NCBI GenBank assembly: GCA_020051175.1
Contig: JAGVJJ010000044.1
Location: 192,761 to 256,760, forward strand
Direction: 5' to 3'
Length of the DNA stretch: 64,000 bases
DNA from: Bacteroidia bacterium
GTDB lineage: Bacteria; Bacteroidota; Bacteroidia; 2-12-FULL-35-15
Position numbers and translations under genes: made by a program. The notes below the pieces were generated by a model. The model was not told the DNA's origin. It saw nothing but the letters and a program-made list of their open reading frames with translations, and made no database searches. This document shows, piece by piece, positions 28,170 to 35,780 of the stretch. The stretch's first letter is position 1. Every line of letters starts with the position of its first letter.

Positions 28170-29210
28170 ATGAACCAGGATATAAAACTTACTCAATATA
28201 GCCACGGTGCTGGCTGTGGATGTAAAATTGCTCCCGCAGTGCTGGAACAAATATTGAAAACCGATTTTAAAGTACCGGTATCCGAAAAGCTGATTGTTGG
28301 TAATGGAAGCAAAGACGATGCAGCGGTGTATGACCTGGGGAACGGGTTGGGGCTCATCAGTACTACTGACTTTTTTACTCCAATAGTAGATGATGCAATG
28401 GATTTTGGAAAAATCGCGTCCGCCAATGCAATCAGCGATGTGTACGCCATGGGTGGGAAGCCCTTGATGGCTGTGGCTATATTGGGATGGCCAATTAACA
28501 AATTACCTGTTGAAATTGCACAAAAGGTGATTGAAGGTGCACACGTTGTTTGTGCTGAGGCAGGAATACCGCTTGCTGGCGGGCACAGCATTGATAGTCC
28601 TGAACCAATTTTTGGCCTTGCTGTAAGCGGATTGGTGGATTTAAAAAATTTAAAACAAAATAATACCGCTAAAACCGGGGACCTACTTTACCTGACGAAG
28701 AAAATTGGAGTTGGAATCCTTACAACTGCTGAAAAGAAAGGGTTGCTGAAGGAAGAACATAGAGGAGTGGCAGCGAAGCAGATGATCCAGTTGAATAAAT
28801 TGGGTGAAAAAGTTGCTGTTATCACCGGGGTTACGGCCATGACTGATATTACCGGTTTTGGTTTGCTTGGTCATTTGATTGAGATGGCTGAAGGTTCTGG
28901 CTTGACAGCTGAAATTGAATACTCAAGAATCCCATTACTGGAGGGCCTTGCTTTTTATACCGCGCAAATGTGTGTGCCAGATAACAGCTTTCGTAACTGG
29001 AATGGGTATCAGTCAAAAGTGGAAGGTATTTCCGGGGAATCATTATTAACGTTATGTGACCCACAGACAAATGGAGGTCTGCTGATTGCGGTTTCACCCG
29101 AATCAAAAGATGAGCTTGAAAAGCTGCTCGTAACCAATGGTTATAGTGATTTTACTGCTCCTATAGGTCGTATGAAAGCAAAAGAAGATAAAACGGTTGT
29201 CATTCGCTAA
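28170..29210 (+). CDS. selD: Selenide, water dikinase (selenophosphate synthetase), Cys form
   Basis: YSHGAGCGCKIAP is the N-terminal glycine-rich loop, with Cys and no in-frame TGA. PurM-like core motifs DAAVY...TTDFFTPIVDD are present. Confidence 0.9.
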   Translation: MNQDIKLTQYSHGAGCGCKIAPAVLEQILKTDFKVPVSEKLIVGNGSKDDAAVYDLGNGLGLISTTDFFTPIVDDAMDFGKIASANAISDVYAMGGKPLMAVAILGWPINKLPVEIAQKVIEGAHVVCAEAGIPLAGGHSIDSPEPIFGLAVSGLVDLKNLKQNNTAKTGDLLYLTKKIGVGILTTAEKKGLLKEEHRGVAAKQMIQLNKLGEKVAVITGVTAMTDITGFGLLGHLIEMAEGSGLTAEIEYSRIPLLEGLAFYTAQMCVPDNSFRNWNGYQSKVEGISGESLLTLCDPQTNGGLLIAVSPESKDELEKLLVTNGYSDFTAPIGRMKAKEDKTVVIR

Positions 29211-29256
29211 AAAGCGAATAATTGTATATATTCGTAATTACTCAACATAACCCAGA

Positions 29257-29724
29257 ATGGAAAAACGTATTGCAATATTCCCAGGATCATTCGACCCTAT
29301 TACAAAAGGGCATGAAAATATTCTATTAAGAACGCTTCCATTGTTCGATGAAATTATTGTTGCTATTGGAAAAAACAGTAGCAAGCAGAATTATTTCAGT
29401 CTTGAACAACGCGAAAAGTGGCTGAAACAAGTGTTTAAAGACGAGCCTAAGGTCCGTATTGAAACATACACAGGGCTTACTATTGATTTCTGCAAGAAAA
29501 TGAGTGCAAAGTATATTCTTCGTGGTTTAAGGACTTCTGCTGATTTTGAGTTTGAAAAAGCCATTGCACAAAACAATAAAATTATGGCACCTGAAATCGA
29601 GACCATTTTTATTTTGCCTGTTTCTGAACTTTCTGCAATAAATTCAACAATTGTACGTGATATTATACGTAATGGTGGTAATGCATCACCCTTTGTGCCT
29701 GCAGTGATTGATCTAAATGTATAA
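29257..29724 (+). CDS. coaD: Pantetheine-phosphate adenylyltransferase
   Basis: IAIFPGSFDPITKGHENI...ILRGLRTSADFEFE...SSTIVRDI. Confidence 0.9.
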   Translation: MEKRIAIFPGSFDPITKGHENILLRTLPLFDEIIVAIGKNSSKQNYFSLEQREKWLKQVFKDEPKVRIETYTGLTIDFCKKMSAKYILRGLRTSADFEFEKAIAQNNKIMAPEIETIFILPVSELSAINSTIVRDIIRNGGNASPFVPAVIDLNV

Positions 29725-29783
29725 GTAGCAGGCCCTAAAAATCGGGTCGCATATAAAAGGCATAACAATTGCAATATTCGTTT

Positions 29784-31208
29784 ATGAGCAGGCTGATTTT
29801 ATCTTTTTGTTTCTTTTTTTGTATCATGGTTGGCGTTTCTCAGAACGTTACAATCAAGGGTGTTGCCCAAAAGCAGGAAAACAAAGAGATTGGACTTTGG
29901 GTATTTAATGATTACATTTCCAAAACCGAGAAACAGCTTACTTTTTCGGCAATTGATTCTGCCGGGAACTTTCTGCTTGAATTTGACAGTAAGGAAATCC
30001 AGTACGTTACGCTTAAGGTTGATAAAAATGTGGCGTCAATGTATATAGAGCCTGGTGCCAATTATGAAGTTATTCTATTTCCTCCCGACTCTGCCGTATA
30101 TGTTAACCCCAACCTGGAACACGATGTAAAGCTTTCCATTAACCTGAAAAGTAAAACGGAGATCAATGCGCTCACGATCGACTATGACAAACGCTTTGAT
30201 GAATTTTTGTCTGTAGAATATCTCGCTTTTGTAAGGCGTAATCCTCAGCCTAAAATTGATTCTTTCCGGCTTGCTACAAATCTTTACTATGCGAATGTCA
30301 AAAATCCCTATTTCGATGCTTATGTGGCATACACTATCGGCTCACTCGAAGAAAAGACCCAGTCCAGTGAAAAGAAATTGTTTGGCAGTTACATTAACGG
30401 TAAGCCGGTTCTATACAATCACCCCGAATACATGGATTTTTTCAATACTTTTTACAAGCAGAAGTTGCAAAAGCTCTATTTGTCGAAGAATGGAAGTGAC
30501 ATTGCATTCCAGATAAACGAGCGTACAAGCTATAGCGGGTTAATGAATGTCATGCAACTGGATGATTATTTGAAAAATGACACCATCCGTGAACTTGTGC
30601 TTATAAAAGGCTTATATGAAAGTTATTATGATGGAACTTTTAAACGGGCTAAAATTGTTAATATCCTCCAGCAGGTTGTTCTTGAAGCTAAGGTTCCCGA
30701 GAACCAGCGTATAGCGCAAAACATATTGAATTCGTTTTCTAAATTACAGGTAGGTGTTTCCGCACCCTATTTTGAATTGCCTGATAAAACTGGCCGGACA
30801 CACCGTCTTGATGAATTTAAAAATAAAAAATATGTTTACCTGATGTTTTATGATGAAAGCTGCACGGCCTGTTTGCAGCAGATGAAAGTGATACCGTCTT
30901 TAAAAAAACAATATGGATCAAAGATTGAATTTGTAAGTGTTTCTGCCGATAAGAGCAATGCTGAGCTTGCAGCCTTTTGTGCTAAAAAACCAAAGTACGA
31001 TTGGTTGTTTTTATATGACAATACAGGCCATCTTCTGAAAATGAATTACGAAATAAAATCCCTGCCAGCATATTTTCTTATAAATCCGGAAGGCAAGTTT
31101 GTTCAGGCTCCCGCGGAAAGCCCTGAAGGCGACATTGAAAGAGCGTTCTATGATATTACCAAACCTAAAGGCAAAAAGGTGAATGTGGGTGATAAAAGGA
31201 ACCGTTAG
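29784..31208 (+). CDS. TlpA-like thioredoxin-fold (redoxin) protein with long N-terminal extension
   Basis: The start was trimmed to the ATG at 29784, which gives a signal peptide. The C-terminal redoxin domain is APYFELPDKTGRTHRLDEFKNKKYVYLMFYDESCTACLQQ (CxxC). Confidence 0.7.
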   Translation: MSRLILSFCFFFCIMVGVSQNVTIKGVAQKQENKEIGLWVFNDYISKTEKQLTFSAIDSAGNFLLEFDSKEIQYVTLKVDKNVASMYIEPGANYEVILFPPDSAVYVNPNLEHDVKLSINLKSKTEINALTIDYDKRFDEFLSVEYLAFVRRNPQPKIDSFRLATNLYYANVKNPYFDAYVAYTIGSLEEKTQSSEKKLFGSYINGKPVLYNHPEYMDFFNTFYKQKLQKLYLSKNGSDIAFQINERTSYSGLMNVMQLDDYLKNDTIRELVLIKGLYESYYDGTFKRAKIVNILQQVVLEAKVPENQRIAQNILNSFSKLQVGVSAPYFELPDKTGRTHRLDEFKNKKYVYLMFYDESCTACLQQMKVIPSLKKQYGSKIEFVSVSADKSNAELAAFCAKKPKYDWLFLYDNTGHLLKMNYEIKSLPAYFLINPEGKFVQAPAESPEGDIERAFYDITKPKGKKVNVGDKRNR

Positions 31209-31323
31209 GGCAGAGAACGACACTTTAGAAATATTATCGTAATTTTGTATCCTGGAAGATACCGCTATATTCATTTGTGGTTGATTTTATAAGATTGATA
31301 TATTGTTAGGGAGGAAGCCATAT

Positions 31324-33096
31324 ATGAGGGGCTTATTGGTTACTTTTATTATCCTGTTCTTAGGGCATTTGCTGCTGGCACAGCAAACTGCCCGTCCTGT
31401 TGCACTTCAACGCCCCTCTGATTATGAATATTTATCGGCTCCGGACTCATCAGGAAATCGCAAACCGCTCAAAGTTGCTTTAGTAAATCGTTTGCAAGAG
31501 TTAAAGCTACCTTATCCGATTATTTTTGTTCACGGACTTAATTCCAACAGCACTACCTGGGACAGCACCACCAATTGGATGGAAGCACAATATGGATTAA
31601 GCTTTGGCGGGCGCTTTGACTTTTGCCTGAATTATGATGCCGATTATTATGTTGCAAACAAAAATTTTAACGATTCGAATGCGGATATGGCGCTGTTTGT
31701 TTCCAATATTGTTGCAGGCGATTATTATTACGTGAATTTTGATGTAAGTACTGAAGGCCTGGTTTCACCTGGCTACTGGGACAATGGCTTTGTAAGAAGC
31801 AACCAGTCTGCTATTGCGAAGCAGGGTGTTGCTGTTAAATGGGCGGTAGAAAGGGTTTTGCAGGAGACAGGAAGGGATAAAGTTATTTTAATGGGCCATA
31901 GCATGGGCGGGCTTGCTTCACGGGAATATCTTCAGAACCCGGAGAATTGGCAGGCTGATGGTCGCACCCATGTTGCAAAGCTGGTGACTACAGGCACGCC
32001 TCACGGAGGAAGCAACTCAACCGCTTATAACCTGGGCTTCCTGGTAGGATTGGATGAGGAAACGGAGGCTGTTAGGGATCTAAGAAGAAGTTATTATTAC
32101 AGTGAAGACAGTGGTGTGTTCCTGTACGGTGGCAGAGAGGAAATGACGGACTCGACTATGGATGATAATCTTGGCGTTGATTTTTATAATGTGGATGTAA
32201 ACTGTGATGGAGTAACAGGCCAGGATATTGTGGGTTTAAATGAAAAAAGCCTTCATAAGGACTGGGATTTCGCAGGCATCGTAGGTAATTGTGATGGTTG
32301 CTGGGCCGAAGATGGTGGAGTGGGTGATGGGGTGGTGAATACCTATTGTGCGAACCTGAATAACTTTTATCCTGAACTGAATGCTGAGACATTTTATTAC
32401 AATGCCCCTGCCTACGCTGAAATACATACTGTTTTGCCTGGCCTCAATTCGGAAAATATGCTTGGACTGGATGAACCAGATAAATTTGAGCTTGCTTATA
32501 AAATTGAAGTAAATAAGAATTACACAGGTTTTATTACCATGCAGGCTGTAGAACCTTTGGGTTATGATTATGATTATTTCAAATTTACAATGCCCTACAC
32601 TGGTACGGTTACCATTACACTTAACAACATACAGCATCCGGAGTTGACCATTGCCTTGTTTGATTCGGTTTTTACCTCACCGGGGTTTGTCGTGCAGGAA
32701 TTCGGGAATGCGCAACTCACACTGTCGGAACCGCTTATGCGTGGTGATTATTTTCTAAGAGTTTCGGCAATAGCTGGACCCGAAAGCTATTTAGGATCCT
32801 ATGATTTTATTGTTGAAACTAATCCGCTTTCATCAGTATCTCATACCGGGAATAAAAGGGACGCAATCCACATTTATCCTAATCCGGCAACTTGGGAACT
32901 ATCAATAGATACAAAGGATGTGTCAAAAATTTCTGAGATAGAAGTTATAACGTCTCTCGGTGAAGTCATTTATAAAACCTCGGAAATAGAAACGATAACC
33001 AGGATAAATGTTGCAGATTTCCCAGAAGGAATGTATATCCTGAAACTGGTATCCGACAACAACGTAATATCGAAAAAATTTATCAGGAGCGAGTAG
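31324..33096 (+). CDS. Secreted alpha/beta-hydrolase (lipase/esterase-like) with T9SS type-A C-terminal sorting domain
   Basis: The start was trimmed to the ATG at 31324. It has a nucleophile elbow ILMGHSMGGLAS and a pre-peptidase-like beta domain. The CTD is IHIYPNPATWELSI...GMYILKLVSDN. Confidence 0.7.
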   Translation: MRGLLVTFIILFLGHLLLAQQTARPVALQRPSDYEYLSAPDSSGNRKPLKVALVNRLQELKLPYPIIFVHGLNSNSTTWDSTTNWMEAQYGLSFGGRFDFCLNYDADYYVANKNFNDSNADMALFVSNIVAGDYYYVNFDVSTEGLVSPGYWDNGFVRSNQSAIAKQGVAVKWAVERVLQETGRDKVILMGHSMGGLASREYLQNPENWQADGRTHVAKLVTTGTPHGGSNSTAYNLGFLVGLDEETEAVRDLRRSYYYSEDSGVFLYGGREEMTDSTMDDNLGVDFYNVDVNCDGVTGQDIVGLNEKSLHKDWDFAGIVGNCDGCWAEDGGVGDGVVNTYCANLNNFYPELNAETFYYNAPAYAEIHTVLPGLNSENMLGLDEPDKFELAYKIEVNKNYTGFITMQAVEPLGYDYDYFKFTMPYTGTVTITLNNIQHPELTIALFDSVFTSPGFVVQEFGNAQLTLSEPLMRGDYFLRVSAIAGPESYLGSYDFIVETNPLSSVSHTGNKRDAIHIYPNPATWELSIDTKDVSKISEIEVITSLGEVIYKTSEIETITRINVADFPEGMYILKLVSDNNVISKKFIRSE

Positions 33097-33700
33097 GAAG
33101 AATGGTGCTTAACACTTCTTTTATTGATTCATAGGTGTTGTCAAGTAATGGCGCAATATCATTTGCATTCACCCACAGCACATCTGTAATCCCTTCTTCC
33201 AGCTGGGGAACTAGTTTGCCGTTAAAGGCCGATTTCATTTTGTACCAATAAGTCCTTTTTAAAATATTTTTTTCTTTAAGCACATAGGTGTGATAGGTAA
33301 CGGGCAGTTCCTCGCTTATTTTTATGTCCCTGATACCACATTCTTCTTCAACTTCGCGAATGGCCGCATCCTTTATCTTTTCACCTTTTTCTATTTTGCC
33401 TTTCGGCAAATCCCATTTGCCATTTCTAAAAATAAACAGGTACTCTCCTTTTTCATTTTCCACCAGGCCTCCTGCTGCTTCAATAACCTGGAACATGGAC
33501 GAAAAATATTCAAATAGGGTCTTCAGGTTTGCATTGTGAAAATAAATTTCACGCTTTAAACTTGAGTTGTGAACTGTTTCCCTGTATTTGATTTGCATTT
33601 CATCCACAGTTTCTATATTTATTATTTTGATACCTTTTTTATGAAGCAGCTGGTTATCAGTCAGGTAAATTGTGTTTTCGGGAGTGAATATTTTAATCAT
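33083..33700 (-). CDS. NUDIX hydrolase
   Basis: Nudix box GKWDLPKGKIEKGEKIKDAAIREVEEECGI. Its 3' end overlaps the convergent hydrolase gene by 14 nt. Confidence 0.8.
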   Translation of the reverse strand: MIKIFTPENTIYLTDNQLLHKKGIKIINIETVDEMQIKYRETVHNSSLKREIYFHNANLKTLFEYFSSMFQVIEAAGGLVENEKGEYLFIFRNGKWDLPKGKIEKGEKIKDAAIREVEEECGIRDIKISEELPVTYHTYVLKEKNILKRTYWYKMKSAFNGKLVPQLEEGITDVLWVNANDIAPLLDNTYESIKEVLSTILPTRS

Positions 33701-33814
33701 TTTCTTTTTTTCGTTTTATGGTTCCGACCGATTAAATTGTTTAATATCTTTATACCCACGATTACAAGTTGATTTTGTATGGAGTGGGTGGTAATAAAAA
33801 AATAAAAAATTACA

Positions 33815-34456
33815 ATGAAACTGAATGAAGAATCTGCTTTGAAGATTGCCGAATTCCTTCTACAAATTAAAGCAATTAAATTACAACCTACCAAACCTTT
33901 TACCTGGGCATCGGGCTGGAATTCTCCAATATATTGCGATAACCGTGTTACTTTATCTTATCCGAAGATACGTACATATATCCGCCAGCAGTATGTGAAT
34001 TCAATCCTCGAGGAATTTGGTCGTCCTGATATAATTGCCGGAGTGGCTACAGGTGGTATCGCCCAAGGTGCTTTGGTTGCCCAGGAGCTTGGCTTACCTT
34101 TTGTATATGTTCGTTCTGAAGCTAAGAAGCATGGTATGACAAATATGATTGAGGGAGTTGTCGAAAAAGGCCAGTCTGTAGTGGTAATTGAGGATTTGAT
34201 TTCTACCGGTGGGAGCAGCCTGAAAGCCGTTGAAGCATTACGGGAAGCAGGTTGTGATGTAAAGGGCATGGTTGCAATTTTCACGTATGGCTTCAAAACC
34301 GCGGTAGATAATTTTAAAAAGGCAAAATGCAAGCTGGTAACATTAAGCGATTACGATACATTGATAAAGCAGGCTTTGCAGGCGGATTATATAGCAGAAA
34401 AGAATTTAAAATCACTTAAGGAATGGCGTGAAAACCCCGCAGAGTGGAAGAAATAG
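33815..34456 (+). CDS. pyrE: Orotate phosphoribosyltransferase
   Basis: FTWASGWNSPIYCDNR...VVVIEDLISTGGSS (PRPP-binding motif). Confidence 0.9.
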   Translation: MKLNEESALKIAEFLLQIKAIKLQPTKPFTWASGWNSPIYCDNRVTLSYPKIRTYIRQQYVNSILEEFGRPDIIAGVATGGIAQGALVAQELGLPFVYVRSEAKKHGMTNMIEGVVEKGQSVVVIEDLISTGGSSLKAVEALREAGCDVKGMVAIFTYGFKTAVDNFKKAKCKLVTLSDYDTLIKQALQADYIAEKNLKSLKEWRENPAEWKK

Positions 34457-34470
34457 AGTTTTAGGCCGAG

Positions 34471-34564
34471 GGTTATTAAGTTATTGGGTTAATAGTTTCT
34501 GCTCACCAATATCTTAGTACTCATAACCCAATAACTAGTAACCAATAACTAATAACCCAATAAC
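34471..34564. repeat. Inverted arrays of a ~14-nt unit GTTATTGG(G)TTA
   Basis: Plus orientation: GGTTATTAA + GTTATTGGGTTA (34471-34491). Minus orientation, three tandem units: TAACCCAATAAC (34524-34535), TAACCAATAAC (34539-34549) and TAACCCAATAAC (34553-34564). Confidence 0.8.
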
Positions 34565-34570
34565 AAAATT

Positions 34571-34975
34571 ATGTCTTTAACTAAAATTGAGAGCGAAGTA
34601 GTAGATGTAGAAAATTCTTCAGAGAACATCTATAAATATTTAAGTGATTTCAGGAATTTTGAAAAGCTGATGCCACACCAGGTTACCAACTGGAAAGCTA
34701 CCGAGGACGAATGTTCTTTTACACTCAATGGAATGGCTACTATTGGCATGAAAATAGTGGAGAAAACACCGTTCAAAAAGATTACGATTAATTCAAATGG
34801 AAAAGTGCCTTTTGAATTTCAATTGTTTGTTCTGATTACAGAAAAAAGTGCAAACAGCTGCACCGGACAATTGGTGTTTGAATCCGATTTGAACCCTATG
34901 TTGAAAATGATGGTAGTAAAGCCATTGGGTAATTTTTTCAATATGCTGGCTCACAGAATGAAGGATATTAAATAG
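34571..34975 (+). CDS. SRPBCC (START/Bet v1-like) family protein
   Basis: Size (134 aa) and pattern (IYKYLSDFRNFEKLMP...W...C.F...) are typical of small SRPBCC proteins. The call is tentative. Confidence 0.5.
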   Translation: MSLTKIESEVVDVENSSENIYKYLSDFRNFEKLMPHQVTNWKATEDECSFTLNGMATIGMKIVEKTPFKKITINSNGKVPFEFQLFVLITEKSANSCTGQLVFESDLNPMLKMMVVKPLGNFFNMLAHRMKDIK

Positions 34976-35072
34976 TATTGCTTCACTTATTTTCTTAGCC
35001 GGAGCTTTGTTTATAGTTGGAATTATTGATTCGACAACATAGATTAATAACAAATAAACAAAAGATGGCATA

Positions 35073-35732
35073 ATGTTGTTCCATAGGGTTAAAAAATTCT
35101 GTTTGCTTTTTCTTTTCCTGAACGTTATTTCCAGTTGCGTTTTTTTTCGACCATCGCCTGCTAAATTGTATAAGCGGGCTCTTCAAAATAAGCCATACGA
35201 TGTAATTATTGTTCCTGGTGTTCCATTTAACGGGCAGGAGTGGAGCATGCCTATGAAGGGGCGGGTGATTTGGGCCTGTCATCTGATAAAAAACGGTATT
35301 GCAAATAATGTTATTTTTTCCGGAGGTGCAGTTTACACACCATATGTAGAAGCCCAGGTAATGGCATTATATGCCCAAGAGCTTGGGGTGCCAAAGGAAA
35401 AAATATTTGTTGAATCTAGGGCCGAGCACAGTACTGAAAATATCTATAACTCTTATTGTATGGCAAAGCAGTTGGGCTTCCGAAAAATTGCGGTCGCTTC
35501 CGACCCTTTTCAATCGACATTATTAATGGGTTTTACCAAGCGCAGGTTTGAGCTGCCCATTGACCATATCCCGTTTGTGATTGACACCCTGGCTGGAATT
35601 GATGACGTATATCCTAAAATTATTCCTGATTCGGCTAAAATTGCTGATTTTAAATCCATTATCGAAACCCAATCGAAATGGTACAGGTTTAGGGGTACAC
35701 GGGGTAAAAACATAAAGTTTGAGAAGGAATAA
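35073..35732 (+). CDS. DUF218 (YdcF/ElyC/SanA-like) domain protein
   Basis: DVIIVPGVPF...NVIFSGGAVYTPYVEAQVMALYAQELGVPKEKIFVESRAEHSTENI. Confidence 0.75.
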   Translation: MLFHRVKKFCLLFLFLNVISSCVFFRPSPAKLYKRALQNKPYDVIIVPGVPFNGQEWSMPMKGRVIWACHLIKNGIANNVIFSGGAVYTPYVEAQVMALYAQELGVPKEKIFVESRAEHSTENIYNSYCMAKQLGFRKIAVASDPFQSTLLMGFTKRRFELPIDHIPFVIDTLAGIDDVYPKIIPDSAKIADFKSIIETQSKWYRFRGTRGKNIKFEKE

Positions 35733-35769
35733 ATTTTTCAAAAACGCCTTTCTTTCTGCTGCGGTATAG

Positions 35770-35777
35770 TATATTTG
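35770..35777 (+). promoter_or_regulatory. Candidate -7 box TATATTTG immediately upstream of priA
   Basis: It fits TAnnTTTG and ends 4 nt before the ATG at 35781, which would imply a leaderless or near-leaderless priA mRNA. Confidence 0.25.
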
Positions 35778-35780
35778 TAT

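Noticed and set aside
28170-29210. Possible selenocysteine (in-frame TGA) in selD, or a SECIS element
   Set aside because: The active-site loop is encoded as GAGCGCK with ordinary Cys codons, and the ORF is uninterrupted.
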